DNA of 64,000 nt, from assembly GCA_029571225.1 (NCBI GenBank), contig JAKPTF010000097.1, positions 64,417-128,416 on the forward strand. The letters are read 5' to 3'. This document shows positions 33,302 to 43,535 of this stretch, piece after piece; within the stretch, counting starts at the first letter, position 1; each line of letters begins with the position of its first letter. The DNA is from Candidatus Omnitrophota bacterium (GTDB lineage: Bacteria; Omnitrophota; Gorgyraeia; Gygaellales; Profunditerraquicolaceae). The notes under the pieces were generated by a model. The model had not been told where the DNA came from. It made no database searches and saw only the letters and a list, made by a program, of their open reading frames with translations. The translations under genes and the position numbers were made by a program.

Positions 33302-33367
33302 CGATATAGCGGCAATGTAAAATAACCCCTTCCGGGGCATCCAGGCCGCAGCCATTCACGGTGCCCT

Positions 33368-34465
33368 ATGAAGATCCTTTTCGAATTTGAGAAAAAACCG
33401 CTTTGTTTCGAGCATCCGGTCGAGATCATTTCCTGTCACCATCCTGCCGAACTGGCACGGGCGTTTCAGAAGATCGAGCTGGCTCTGTCTTCCGGCCTGG
33501 TCGTGGCAGGATTCTGTTCATATGAGGCGGGGTATGCTTTAGAAAGGAAACTGCGGGTTGATAAGAATCATGATTTTCCTTTGCTCTACATGGGATGCTA
33601 TACGGCTCCTGCAAAGAAAGGTTCATTCAGCGGGCACACGTGCGCGGCTTCTGCATTAAAAGACATTACGGTCAATACGCCTCAGAAGGAATATTTCAGC
33701 GATATCGACGCGATCCGCAGCCACATCGCGCGCGGCGATGTTTACCAGATCACCTATTGCATAAAGATGAAGTTTGCGTGGGAAGGCGATGCTTTTGGTT
33801 TATACCGGCGATTGTTCAGAGAGCAACCTGTGCCATATGCCGCATATCTGGAAACAGGCGGGTTTAAGATACTTTCGCTTTCGCCGGAAATGTTCCTGAA
33901 GAAAACAGGGTCGTTCATCAAGACCAAGCCCATGAAAGGCACCTGGCCTCGCGGCGGCAATCTGTTAACCGATGTTGCTGCCGGCCTGCGCCTGCATTTT
34001 GACGAAAAGAACCGCGCGGAGAACCTGATGATCACCGATCTTTTGCGCAATGACCTGGGAAGGTACGGGAGGGATATCAGCGTGCCGGTTTTGTTCGAGG
34101 TCGCGAAGTATAATCTTTTGTATCAGATGACCTCGACCGTGACTGCGGCTGTGCGGCAGGATATTCCGGTTTATGAACTTTTTTCCTCGCTGTTCCCGTC
34201 AGGCTCGGTGACCGGCGCGCCGAAGATCAGGGCTATGGAGATCATCAGGGAACTGGAGGACGAAGAACGCAGGATATATACCGGCGCGATCGGATACATA
34301 CTGCCGAACAGGGATATGTTCTTTAACATCCCGATCCGGACATTGCTGTTGAGCGATAAGACGGGCGAGATGGGCATTGGCGGTGGCATTGTCTGGGACT
34401 CAACCCCTCAGGGCGAATGGGACGAGGGCATCCTCAAAGCCAGTTTCATCATGAAGACGCTTTAG
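33368..34465 (+). CDS. pabB: aminodeoxychorismate/anthranilate synthase component I family (chorismate-binding)
   Basis: SPEMFLK, TKPMKGT, ENLMITDLLRNDLGR, FPSGSVTGAPKIRAMEII and IYTGAIGY. Confidence 0.8.
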   Translation: MKILFEFEKKPLCFEHPVEIISCHHPAELARAFQKIELALSSGLVVAGFCSYEAGYALERKLRVDKNHDFPLLYMGCYTAPAKKGSFSGHTCAASALKDITVNTPQKEYFSDIDAIRSHIARGDVYQITYCIKMKFAWEGDAFGLYRRLFREQPVPYAAYLETGGFKILSLSPEMFLKKTGSFIKTKPMKGTWPRGGNLLTDVAAGLRLHFDEKNRAENLMITDLLRNDLGRYGRDISVPVLFEVAKYNLLYQMTSTVTAAVRQDIPVYELFSSLFPSGSVTGAPKIRAMEIIRELEDEERRIYTGAIGYILPNRDMFFNIPIRTLLLSDKTGEMGIGGGIVWDSTPQGEWDEGILKASFIMKTL

Positions 34466-34579
34466 CTAACCCCAATAGCTACAATTGATTACAATTTAAT
34501 TCTTTTTGCGTCAATTTATATACTAGTAGGAATTTATTTGTAATTCTTTGTTTAGCAATGGTTTAGCTAAAACGTCTTG
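34453..34579. repeat. MITE-like element, copy A (127 bp, ~18-bp terminal inverted repeats)
   Basis: GAAGACGCTTTAGCTAAC ... TTTAGCTAAAACGTCTTG enclose a 91-nt AT-rich core. This is homologous to 48868-48992 (identical left TIR, same core length, shared GATTACAA, AATTC and GAATTTATTTG blocks). Confidence 0.75.
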
Positions 34580-36246
34580 AATTGGTCTTGAATTGTTTTG
34601 AGGTGATTTGGGGAGAAGTATTTTGTGGAGATCACAACATTCTTGATGCCGTATTCCATCAATATCCGATATACGTCTGCCTGTTCCTCAAGGGTCGGGC
34701 TTCTGAAATGCGCTTCCATCAGATATTTGAAACCCGGCTGTGATGTGTAATAATCGATGTATTTGTCATCAATCCGCGCGATCTGGCCCTGGAAGATAGG
34801 GTGCTCATGAACGGTCTGGAAATATTGCGTTTCCTTGTTGTAATAGCCCACGCTTTTGTAACTGGTCTGCCAGCCAAGCGGCAATACGAGGACCGGCGAA
34901 CCCTTGTCGCGATGCGCCAGGTCAACATATACCTGCGGCACGGTCAGGTCAAGCAATGGATATGGCGCAGGCAGGAATTCGATGATCTGCAGGATTATCA
35001 GAAATGTTCCTACGCACACACTGCTTTTGATGAACAGGCGTTTCATCCTCATAAATTGCTCCACGCCGAACCCTGCCACGATATAGACGCAGATAAACGT
35101 TACCAGTGCGAATCTTACAGGGATCCTCATCTGGCGCAGCGGGCCGATGCACAATAGATTATAAGGGGCAAGAGCGCGCAGGTTCGCGTGGTGCCCGAAA
35201 AGCAAAGGACCGGCTGCCAGAAGATAAAAGATCGTTCCGGTTATCACCCAGAAAAGCACGATCTTCTTTTTATACGCGACCAGGCGGTTAAACCTCACAA
35301 GCGCAAGGCAGGCGAAAAAAAGCGGGACATACCCGACGAACGCGTTGGTGACGTGCGCGATGGGAGTGGCGAGCGCCGGCAATGCGCGGTATGCCGCAAG
35401 CAACGGCGAGGGCCGCAGGAAGCCTGCCCAATGGATCGAGAAATAATCGATCGCCGCGTCAGGCCATACGGGTAATCTTGTCTGAACAGCGGCTGTCGCG
35501 CGTATCAGCCCGGAGAGATACCATGACGAGAGCGCGAGAAATAGCGCAGCCGATATCGCGGCATTTGTCCGGAAACCGCTGTGAAGCGTCTTGTGTTTCC
35601 GCGCAGAGAAGAATATAACCATGAATACGGCAAGTAGCGTCAAAAATAAGAAATACGTCTGGTCTTCGAGCAGGCACAGCGCATAGACGATCGCCGCACC
35701 TATCCCGTACCGGAGCCTTCCGTGCCCCAGGAATTTCCAGAAGAAGAGAATGAACCAGGGAAAGAACCACACCGACGAGAAATGGAGGAAATAACAGCTC
35801 TGCATGATGACGTACGGGCAGAACGCCAGTGTTAGGCCCGCCCATAATCCGGCAAACCTGCTGCGGCTGTAATACGACACAAGCATATACATGCCTGCCC
35901 CTGTCAGGATGAACTGCAGGAAAAAGACAAGATTCATGCTCACTATAGGGGAGAAGAACGCCTGGAACGGCAGGGAGAGCAGCCCGGACGTTAGAATGTT
36001 ATTATGAAGGAAAAGGGGCGGCCTTTGCGGATAGAAGATAAAATCGGACCTGAGACGGAAAAAATCGATACCCTGCGCGAGGGCCTTTTTTAAGTGCCAT
36101 ATATTCCATACGGATAAATATGTGTCGGTTTGTTCGAAACCGGCAAGCCTGTCCCGCATTGAGAACGCCAGAGGATAGGTATATAGGATTGCGACAGAGA
36201 CGAGCGCGGCAAACAATAAAATTGCGAAGGTCAACCGCGTGCGCAT
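34567..36246 (-). CDS. polytopic membrane protein, probable GT-C-type glycosyltransferase
   Basis: About 12 hydrophobic segments followed by a soluble C-terminal domain. Its start overlaps the stop of the upstream GT2 gene. Confidence 0.5.
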   Translation of the reverse strand: MRTRLTFAILLFAALVSVAILYTYPLAFSMRDRLAGFEQTDTYLSVWNIWHLKKALAQGIDFFRLRSDFIFYPQRPPLFLHNNILTSGLLSLPFQAFFSPIVSMNLVFFLQFILTGAGMYMLVSYYSRSRFAGLWAGLTLAFCPYVIMQSCYFLHFSSVWFFPWFILFFWKFLGHGRLRYGIGAAIVYALCLLEDQTYFLFLTLLAVFMVIFFSARKHKTLHSGFRTNAAISAALFLALSSWYLSGLIRATAAVQTRLPVWPDAAIDYFSIHWAGFLRPSPLLAAYRALPALATPIAHVTNAFVGYVPLFFACLALVRFNRLVAYKKKIVLFWVITGTIFYLLAAGPLLFGHHANLRALAPYNLLCIGPLRQMRIPVRFALVTFICVYIVAGFGVEQFMRMKRLFIKSSVCVGTFLIILQIIEFLPAPYPLLDLTVPQVYVDLAHRDKGSPVLVLPLGWQTSYKSVGYYNKETQYFQTVHEHPIFQGQIARIDDKYIDYYTSQPGFKYLMEAHFRSPTLEEQADVYRILMEYGIKNVVISTKYFSPNHLKTIQDQFKTF

Positions 36247-37010
36247 GGCAATAAACAGAGCTTTTTGCCTTCCGGGTCGAAAATCCTGAAACGCGCAAGA
36301 TTCGATTTCTGCAGGACGAATTTTAGCGCGGTTGCGATGACCCCGGCTCCGTAGGCGATACTGCGCCTGAAGCCTATTGAGGAGGACTCGCTGGTGTAGC
36401 GGGAAGGAGCGGTGATTTCCCCGATACTTAAGCCAAAATAAACTGCCTGCGCTAGCACTTCATTGTCGAAAACGAAGTCGTCCGAGTTCTCCAGCAAGGG
36501 AAGTTTTGAAAGTGCGTCTTTTGAGAATGCGCGGTATCCCGAATGGTATTCGGAAAGCTTTTGCCCGAGGAGAATATTTTCGATAAAGGTGAGTATCCGG
36601 TTTGCCACGTATTTGTACAGGGGCATGCCTCCCCTTAGCGCCATGCCGCCTAGAATGCGCGATCCCAGCACGATATCGAACATACCCGACGAAACAAGGC
36701 CTGCCATGGCGGTGATGAGCTTCGGCGGGTACTGGTAATCCGGATGCAGCATGATGACGATATCGGCATTGCGCCGGAGCGCTTCGCAATAACAGGTCTT
36801 CTGGTTGGCCCCGTATCCCTTATTGCTGGCGTGGCGGAATACGGACAGGCCGATTTCGCCTGCAACAGCTACGGTCCTGTCTTTGCTGCAGTCGTCTGTC
36901 ACCAGGACTTCGTCAACGATCCCCAGCGGGATCTCGCGATAGGTCCTGGCCAGGGTTTTTTCCGCGTTATACGCGGGCATGACTACAATGACTTTTTTCC
37001 CTTCGATCAT
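36231..37010 (-). CDS. family 2 glycosyltransferase (polyprenol-phosphate sugar synthase-like)
   Basis: VIVVMPAYNAEKTL, VLVTDDCSKDRT, and a DxD-like HPDYQY segment. Confidence 0.8.
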   Translation of the reverse strand: MIEGKKVIVVMPAYNAEKTLARTYREIPLGIVDEVLVTDDCSKDRTVAVAGEIGLSVFRHASNKGYGANQKTCYCEALRRNADIVIMLHPDYQYPPKLITAMAGLVSSGMFDIVLGSRILGGMALRGGMPLYKYVANRILTFIENILLGQKLSEYHSGYRAFSKDALSKLPLLENSDDFVFDNEVLAQAVYFGLSIGEITAPSRYTSESSSIGFRRSIAYGAGVIATALKFVLQKSNLARFRIFDPEGKKLCLLPCARG

Positions 37011-37017
37011 GATTTCG

Positions 37018-37845
37018 TCAGAATTTGAAGGTCGTCTTTATCTGAAAAAAATCGCCGCGCGTAGTGTTTTTTGAATAGATATCGCGCAGATACGTGAACG
37101 TGATCCCGGCGATCGGAGTGCGCGCGTACACGTCGGCGCCGATCGACATGGATTCCCGCCTGCTGTCGCTTGCCTTCGCGCCGTTAACCTTTTTGCTCGA
37201 GCTCTGCATCCAGTTGAAGGACGGGCCTGCCTTTACTGTTTTGGTAAGCTGCATGCCGGGCAGGAATTGAAGGTGTATCTCATCGCCCGGGGATACCTTT
37301 GTAGTGGGGTTTTCCAGCCGGAAATAATACTTCGCGACCGCGTCGATGCTGTATCTGCCCCATTGTTTATACACAAAGACCATAGGTTTGATGTCATATT
37401 GGTTTGTCCCGTAATTGACGGTCTTTGCGCTGTCATATTTGCCGTTGCGGAGTTTCACGAACAGCGCGGGAAGGATGTCCGCCTGTTTTAACGGAAGGAA
37501 GTGGCCTATGCCCAGGTTGATGTCGCCGATCCCTTCGGATGACATATGGTACGCCCCGCTGCGCACGTTGCCGGCAGGGAACATGGCGGTCAGTACCAGG
37601 TCGGGCGAGTAATAGCAATACCTGAGTATTTCCTCGTTCTTGACGTAGTCATAATCATTGTGACTGACAACGCCTTTGGCATTCGTGTATTTGTCGGCGG
37701 TATAATAGGCGCAATAGGTAAGGATATAATGGCCTTTGGGAGCCCTGACCCCGTCGTAAAAATTGACCGCCGAAGCCGGTGTCTGGAGGAATGACGCGCA
37801 CGCGCAAAGGATCGGGACCAGGGCATATCGTCGCATAATGAGCAT
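37018..37845 (-). CDS. outer-membrane beta-barrel protein (MetA-pathway/transporter family-like)
   Basis: Signal peptide ending ASA. Alternating beta-strand pattern. C-terminal ...TTFKF with a terminal Phe. Confidence 0.55.
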   Translation of the reverse strand: MLIMRRYALVPILCACASFLQTPASAVNFYDGVRAPKGHYILTYCAYYTADKYTNAKGVVSHNDYDYVKNEEILRYCYYSPDLVLTAMFPAGNVRSGAYHMSSEGIGDINLGIGHFLPLKQADILPALFVKLRNGKYDSAKTVNYGTNQYDIKPMVFVYKQWGRYSIDAVAKYYFRLENPTTKVSPGDEIHLQFLPGMQLTKTVKAGPSFNWMQSSSKKVNGAKASDSRRESMSIGADVYARTPIAGITFTYLRDIYSKNTTRGDFFQIKTTFKF

Positions 37846-37917
37846 ATTATAATTTACTTACCGTGCCTGTGCAATAATTTTAACTTTATATTCGCGCTTC
37901 CTGGGGTATAATAAGCC

Positions 37918-38226
37918 ATGCGTGTCAGAAGGCGCAAATGGCAGGTCTATATACTGCAGTGCAAGGACGGATCTCTTTATACGGGCATGACCTGCGATAT
38001 CGAACGGCGCTACAAAGAGCATGTCCGGGGCAGTTCCCGTTATACCCTTTATAATCCTCCGGTGCGGCTCCTGTATACCGAGGATTGCCATGACCGACCA
38101 GGCGCTTTGAAACGGGAATGCCAGATCAAGTCATGGCCCCGCGCGAAGAAATTGGCGCTTATCAGCGGCGCGGGAAGATTGAATGAGGCCGTAAGTCCGG
38201 TTGTTTCAAAAAGGAAACGTAAATGA
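37918..38226 (+). CDS. GIY-YIG nuclease family protein
   Basis: VYILQCKDGSLYTGMT..ERRYKEH matches the GIY-YIG (UPF0213) pattern. Confidence 0.8.
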   Translation: MRVRRRKWQVYILQCKDGSLYTGMTCDIERRYKEHVRGSSRYTLYNPPVRLLYTEDCHDRPGALKRECQIKSWPRAKKLALISGAGRLNEAVSPVVSKRKRK

Positions 38227-39044
38227 GCTTATTCACTGTGGATGCTTTATTATGCAAAGGCGACGGCCGCTGCTGTCAGGTGTGCCCTGTCGGCATTATC
38301 GCAATGGATTCCAAAGGATATCCGGTAGCCGTTGCCGGAGCCGAAGAGCGGTGCATTAACTGCGGCCATTGCGTGGCAGTGTGCCCTCACGGAGCTTTAT
38401 CGCTTAAATCCATGGCGGCATCTGATTGCGCTCTGCTGCCTCAAGGGTGGAACTTGACCCCGCCGCAGGTCGAACTTTTCTTGAAGGGCCGCAGATCAAT
38501 ACGGCTGTTTAAAAAAGATATTGTCGAACGCGCGATAATCGAGCGGGTGATCGATGCGGCCAGGTATGCGCCGTCCGGAACGAACCGCCAGCCTGTCAGG
38601 TGGGTCGTCGTACACGATACCGCAAAGGTCAGGCAGATCGCACGGGAGACCATAGAATGGATGAGATCCCTTATCGTGGAAAAGTCTTCTATGGCTGAAT
38701 CCCTGCGGTTTGATTACCTGGTGAGCGGATGGGATGCTGGCAGGGATTTTATATGCCGCGGGGCGCCGCATCTTGTTTTGCTTTACGGGCTGAAGGATGA
38801 CATGATCGCACCGGGGTCGTGCATGCTGGCAGGCGAATATTTCGAACTGGCAGCGTTGCCACATGGACTTGGGACCTGCTGGGCAGGATATGCGACTATG
38901 GCGTTGAACAAGTGGCCTGCCGCAGCAGGGATCGTCAACATTTCCTCGAAGTGTGCCTGTTTCGCAGGGTTTCTCGTAGGATACCCCCAGAACGGCTACG
39001 CGCGCATTCCTCTGCGCAACGAGCCCAGGATTACGTGGCGATGA
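38223..39044 (+). CDS. ferredoxin-domain nitroreductase family protein
   Basis: Two Cys clusters (C..C..CCQVCP; CINCGHCVAVCP), then a nitroreductase core (RRSIRLF, APSGTNRQP). Confidence 0.75.
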   Translation: MSLFTVDALLCKGDGRCCQVCPVGIIAMDSKGYPVAVAGAEERCINCGHCVAVCPHGALSLKSMAASDCALLPQGWNLTPPQVELFLKGRRSIRLFKKDIVERAIIERVIDAARYAPSGTNRQPVRWVVVHDTAKVRQIARETIEWMRSLIVEKSSMAESLRFDYLVSGWDAGRDFICRGAPHLVLLYGLKDDMIAPGSCMLAGEYFELAALPHGLGTCWAGYATMALNKWPAAAGIVNISSKCACFAGFLVGYPQNGYARIPLRNEPRITWR

Positions 39045-39925
39045 TGTTTGAGATCAGGATTATCCCTAAGGCTTCTGACGCGGGCCAGGCTGACCTTATC
39101 AGATGCGTCCTGATAAACGCCGGCGTTTCCGCAGACCGGATCATCGAGCAATACAGTAAAAGCAGATGCGCCATCATTTTTTATGAACGTTCCCGCAGGC
39201 GGCGCGAATATTTTGTGCGGCTTCTGAAATCATTAAAGCTTCATCATGCGGCTATATGCGTCCGTGCGGTAGCCAGTCAGGATTGGGCGTCAGCCTGGAA
39301 AAAATACTTCAGGCCTTTTAACATAACGCCGGATATCCGTGTCATCCCCCTGTGGATGAAAAACGAGAAGGTCCCCCGGGGATCGATACCCATATACCTT
39401 GATACTACGTTTGCGTTCGGGTCAGGACTTCACGCAACTACGAGGATGATGGCCCGGTTGATGTACAGCCGTAAAGGCAGCCTTGAGAGTTTTCTTGATA
39501 TCGGCACAGGTTCTGGGATCCTGGCGCTTATCGCCGGAGCATACGGGAGCCGCTGCATACACGCGATCGATATCGACCCGGTCGCAATACGCACTGCCGC
39601 CGCGAACTGCGCAACCAACCGCTGTGAAGTCGCGCATCTTGCAGCAGAGCCTTTGGAAAATATGAAAACGCGCAGGAAGTTCGATTTTGTCGCGGCGAAT
39701 CTTCTGACAGAAGACCTGATACGCCTGCGTAAAAAACTCATCTCCGCAGTCGCTCCAGCAAAATATCTCGCTGTGTCGGGCATATATCGCGACAATTACC
39801 GTGAATTCCGGCGAAGGTTCCGGTCTGACAGTCTTCGGTGCGCTGCTGTCGCAAGGCAAAAGGGCTGGTACGCTGTTTTGTTTCAGAAAGTGGCTTCCAG
39901 CCGTTCCCGCGCCGGAAGAGGCTAA
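39041..39925 (+). CDS. prmA: ribosomal protein L11 methyltransferase
   Basis: WKKYFRPF, FGSGLHATT, and the SAM motif LDIGTGSGILAL...AIDIDP. The ATG overlaps the upstream TGA. Confidence 0.8.
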   Translation: MMFEIRIIPKASDAGQADLIRCVLINAGVSADRIIEQYSKSRCAIIFYERSRRRREYFVRLLKSLKLHHAAICVRAVASQDWASAWKKYFRPFNITPDIRVIPLWMKNEKVPRGSIPIYLDTTFAFGSGLHATTRMMARLMYSRKGSLESFLDIGTGSGILALIAGAYGSRCIHAIDIDPVAIRTAAANCATNRCEVAHLAAEPLENMKTRRKFDFVAANLLTEDLIRLRKKLISAVAPAKYLAVSGIYRDNYREFRRRFRSDSLRCAAVARQKGWYAVLFQKVASSRSRAGRG

Positions 39926-39969
39926 CTTTCTGTTGAACAATCGTTTGTTTTATAGTAAGATAAACGATC

Positions 39970-40461
39970 ATGGCGCAGGTAGCTTTCACTTTGCAAAGCA
40001 AGAAATTCCTTGCCGAATTCAACCAGTCCCTGACCGCACAGATGATCATTAAAAGCCTTCCCGTGGAAGGCGCAGTCAAGCTCTGGGGGGATGAGCTGTA
40101 TCTTGAAACCGGCATCCAGGCATCAGACCTTCATGCGACCATGGAGGTCAATATCAGCGATGTCGGATATCGCCATGAGAACAAACGAGTATGTGTTTTT
40201 TTCGGCAGGACCCCCGCAAGCACCTCCGACAGGCCCGTGCCTGCCGCTCCGGTTGTGATAGTCGGCAGGATTCTTTGTCCGCCGGATGAATTGCGCAGTA
40301 TCAAAGAGGGAGAGATACTCAGGATAACTCTTAATGAAGACAAACCGCATATTAAGCCTCTGCCCTCGGGCGATAGAAAACTTACACAGGCCGAGATCGA
40401 TGAGCTGGTGAAAAAACTGCTGGCGGCGAAATCCGCCGGCCAGGGGCCAAAACCGGCATGA
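39970..40461 (+). CDS. cyclophilin-like-fold protein
   Basis: LW.GDELY...G....V.VFFG pattern of the Cyclophil_like family, with a charged C-terminal tail. Confidence 0.5.
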   Translation: MAQVAFTLQSKKFLAEFNQSLTAQMIIKSLPVEGAVKLWGDELYLETGIQASDLHATMEVNISDVGYRHENKRVCVFFGRTPASTSDRPVPAAPVVIVGRILCPPDELRSIKEGEILRITLNEDKPHIKPLPSGDRKLTQAEIDELVKKLLAAKSAGQGPKPA

Positions 40462-40467
40462 GGAGCG

Positions 40468-40797
40468 ATGATACCGTTTTCTGATTTGAAGGACCGCATC
40501 AAGGCGGCAGGTTTTGAAACGCTTCGTAATGAAAGCGATACGTATTTCGAGGTCGTTTTTGTTAGAACGCAGCTGGAAAAATATACCGTTGAGTTAAACG
40601 GCTTGTTCGGCAAAATCGCCTGGCCCTCCGATACGCCGGTATCAGCCGGGGTCAAGAAAGCAATTGCCCAGTACGGCAGCGTCATGGCCGGCCAGACCTT
40701 ATATGCCGAACAGGAGGGAAGCAGGATCGTATTCGCTATGCTCTGGCCATGGGGTGACCAGGTGCATATTACGCTCAAAGCCGGCGTGACGGAATGA
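40468..40797 (+). CDS. hypothetical protein
   Basis: A 109-aa ORF with host-like composition between two same-strand genes. No motif recognised. Confidence 0.4.
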   Translation: MIPFSDLKDRIKAAGFETLRNESDTYFEVVFVRTQLEKYTVELNGLFGKIAWPSDTPVSAGVKKAIAQYGSVMAGQTLYAEQEGSRIVFAMLWPWGDQVHITLKAGVTE

Positions 40798-40827
40798 TGC
40801 CGTGCTGCCGGGATAGAGGAGGAGTGT

Positions 40828-41373
40828 ATGAAACGGCTGGTGTTTTTTGCAGCAGGGGTTTTGTGTTTATCTATCTTTGGTAAAGGAGTTGATGCCGTGG
40901 AGAATCCGATAGTCGTGCTTGAAACAACGCAGGGGGTTATGGAATTGAAATTGATGCCCGATATAGCGCCCAAGGCGTGTGAGAATTTCGTGAAGCTGGT
41001 GGAAAAAGGGTACTATGACGGCTTGATATTTCACCGCGTCATTAAACAGTTCATGATCCAGGGCGGTGACCCTACCGGCACCGGCAGGGGCGGCCAGTCC
41101 ATATGGGGGAAACCGTTTGAAGATGAGGTCCGGCAGGATGTCAAATTCGACAGGCCCGGGCTTCTGGCTATGGCCAACGCCGGGCCGAACACCAACGGCT
41201 CGCAGTTTTTTATTACGACTGTGCCCACGCCATGGTTGAACATGAACCATACGATATTCGGCGAGCTTGTTTCCGGAGCGGACGTTCTCAAAAAAATCGA
41301 GATGACCCCCGTAGGAGCGCAGGACCGGCCGGTCACTGACCAGAAGATTGTCAGGGCGTATATAAAAAAGTAA
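40828..41373 (+). CDS. ppiB: peptidyl-prolyl cis-trans isomerase, cyclophilin type (secreted)
   Basis: Signal peptide. [38 protein letters not shown] and HTIFG. Confidence 0.92.
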   Translation: MKRLVFFAAGVLCLSIFGKGVDAVENPIVVLETTQGVMELKLMPDIAPKACENFVKLVEKGYYDGLIFHRVIKQFMIQGGDPTGTGRGGQSIWGKPFEDEVRQDVKFDRPGLLAMANAGPNTNGSQFFITTVPTPWLNMNHTIFGELVSGADVLKKIEMTPVGAQDRPVTDQKIVRAYIKK

Positions 41374-41384
41374 CGTTTCATTCG

Positions 41385-41419
41385 AAAGAGCCCGGGAGAA
41401 GGTACTGCCCGGGCTCTTT
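41385..41419 (+). terminator. candidate terminator hairpin after ppiB
   Basis: 12-bp stem AAAGAGCCCGGG...CCCGGGCTCTTT. The T tract is short, so the call is tentative. Confidence 0.4.
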
Positions 41420-41431
41420 CTCCTGCGGAGC

Positions 41432-43468
41432 GTGATGCCCAGAATAAGACTTCTCCTATTATCGTCATGTCTGGCAATACTCCCTTCCTTCAATTCTATT
41501 CCCGATTGTTTTGCGCAAAGCGCCCCCGAATTATATAACCGGTCCAGATTCAACCAGGCAGTCAGGTATTACCGTATCATGGCGGATTCCGGAGACCTGA
41601 GAGGGTATCTGAACCTTGCGGTCATCCTTAAGGACCTGGGACATTACCGGCAGGGGATCGCAGTGCTTGAACATGCGCGCAGGCGCTATCCTGATGATCA
41701 GGCGATCCTGGTACTTCTTGCCAGGATGTATTTCCTAAACGGCGAGCCGCAAAAAGCAGCGGACCTATTACAGGGGCCGGTTCGAAATGACGCTGCAGGG
41801 ACAGAGGCCCTGCTTTTATTAGGCCTCTGCTATGACAGCATGGGCCGCAGGGACGATGCCGGAGCATACCTGCGCCGCGCGCTCGAGGCTGACCCCAACA
41901 ACATAATAGCACATCTGACCCTGGCGGACATATATTACCGCAGCGATAAACTCAGAGAATCAGAACAGGAATATAAGACGGTAAATCTGCTTGACGCCAG
42001 CATCCGTAATATTTATTCATACTGGGGCGCAGTCCTGGTGAAGCTCGGTAATTACCGCGAGGCGTACAGAATCTATGAGAAAATGCGTTCGTTCGATCCT
42101 TCGGATCCGGTAACTCTGGCGCAGCTTGAACTGGTGCGCAATAAACTGGGGGAGACGTTCTTCGCCAGGGAAAAAGAAAAGCGTCTTGCTGTAAAAGAGC
42201 GGAAAAAAGTTCTGGCCCAGCCGGCTCGTGTCTCTGATGAAGCGGTCAAGGTCAGGGTTGGGCTCGTGGATAGCGCAAGCCAGGTCGAGATCTTGGTATC
42301 AACCGGTTATTCCATCAAAACGAAACAGGGCAATTTCCTGGTCAATCGAGGCATGGCAGGCCAGGTTTGTTCTGTATCAGCCTCACCCGATAACAAGGTC
42401 ATCTGCCAGCTTCCCGATGCAGGCCGGATCGTTGTGGACGAGCCGGTTCTTTTCATCCCGGAAAACAGCCGGGGCACCTGTACTATTTTTGATATCCAGG
42501 TGGCAAAAGACGAATTCTGGCAAAGGCAGGAGGACCGTTCGTACCGGGGGATGCTTGAGGTATCCGCGCATGGGTCAGCCTTAAAGGTGGTTAATGTTTT
42601 GAGCATGGAGGAATATCTCTACAGCGTCGTGCCGTCGGAAATGATATCGTCCTGGCCGTTCGAGGCGCTCAAGGCCCAGGCGGTCGCGGCACGGTCCGAG
42701 GCGCTTCATAAGATCGGCCGCCATAAGGCTGACGGATACGATTTTTGCCCTGAAGTGCACTGTCAATCATATACCGGCGTTGAACGTGAGACCCCGGCGA
42801 CGAATATGGCTGTAGATGAAACGCGCGGCCAGGTGCTGTTTTTCGGGGGAAAACCAGTTGATGCGGTGTATTCGAGCTGCTGCGGCGGCCATACGCAGGA
42901 CAATATTTTCGGCAAAGAGCCGCGGCAAGTAGAATATTTCCGGGGTGTACCGGATATGGCATCGGCTAACGGACTGACCTTTCCTCTGGACCCCGTTGGC
43001 CTTGAACAATGGTTGAAGTCCCCTCCCGAAGGAATCCTGTGCGATATTCCAGAATTTGCCCGGTCGAGCAATTTCAGGTGGGTGCGCGTATTCTCATCAT
43101 CGGAAATGGACGCCCTGGCATCTAAGCTCGGAGATATCGGAAAGGTCTCGAAAATAGTCGTTACCAGGAGGAATGCTTCGGGACATATCGGCTCATTGAA
43201 GCTGGTGGGCAGCAGGTCATCATACCTGATAGAAAAGGAGTTGAACATCCGCAAGGCGCTCGGCGACCTTCGTAGCAGCATGTTCAAGGTTGAGATCAGG
43301 TATGACAGGGACCGGAACCCTCTGCAGTTCGTTTTTTACGGCGGAGGATGGGGCCATGGCGTTGGCATGTGCCAGGCGGGCGCGTGCGGCATGGCCAAGA
43401 AAGGCAAGAGCTACAAGGATATTCTGGCACATTATTTTAAAGGCTCTGAGCTGAAAAAAATGTATTAG
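41432..43468 (+). CDS. TPR-repeat + SpoIID/LytB-domain protein
   Basis: N-terminal TPR units. C-terminal EEYLYSVVPSEM, AQAVAARSEAL, the VHCQSYTG region and YSSCCGGHTQD are typical of SpoIID. Confidence 0.8.
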   Translation: MMPRIRLLLLSSCLAILPSFNSIPDCFAQSAPELYNRSRFNQAVRYYRIMADSGDLRGYLNLAVILKDLGHYRQGIAVLEHARRRYPDDQAILVLLARMYFLNGEPQKAADLLQGPVRNDAAGTEALLLLGLCYDSMGRRDDAGAYLRRALEADPNNIIAHLTLADIYYRSDKLRESEQEYKTVNLLDASIRNIYSYWGAVLVKLGNYREAYRIYEKMRSFDPSDPVTLAQLELVRNKLGETFFAREKEKRLAVKERKKVLAQPARVSDEAVKVRVGLVDSASQVEILVSTGYSIKTKQGNFLVNRGMAGQVCSVSASPDNKVICQLPDAGRIVVDEPVLFIPENSRGTCTIFDIQVAKDEFWQRQEDRSYRGMLEVSAHGSALKVVNVLSMEEYLYSVVPSEMISSWPFEALKAQAVAARSEALHKIGRHKADGYDFCPEVHCQSYTGVERETPATNMAVDETRGQVLFFGGKPVDAVYSSCCGGHTQDNIFGKEPRQVEYFRGVPDMASANGLTFPLDPVGLEQWLKSPPEGILCDIPEFARSSNFRWVRVFSSSEMDALASKLGDIGKVSKIVVTRRNASGHIGSLKLVGSRSSYLIEKELNIRKALGDLRSSMFKVEIRYDRDRNPLQFVFYGGGWGHGVGMCQAGACGMAKKGKSYKDILAHYFKGSELKKMY

Positions 43469-43535
43469 GTTTTTTTGTTGATAAAAGCGGCAAAGCAGTA
43501 TACAATATTTAAATATACATATGAAAGGAGCTGTC

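Noticed and set aside
40131-40973. Long antisense ORFs opposite well-supported genes (for example 40131-40973, 2751-3518, 6873-7574, 32066-33067, 52280-52927, 54685-55485, 56056-56760 and 40867-41553).
   Set aside because: They are shadow ORFs typical of GC-rich coding DNA. The opposite strand carries proteins with clear family motifs, and the antisense products are low-complexity with no motifs.
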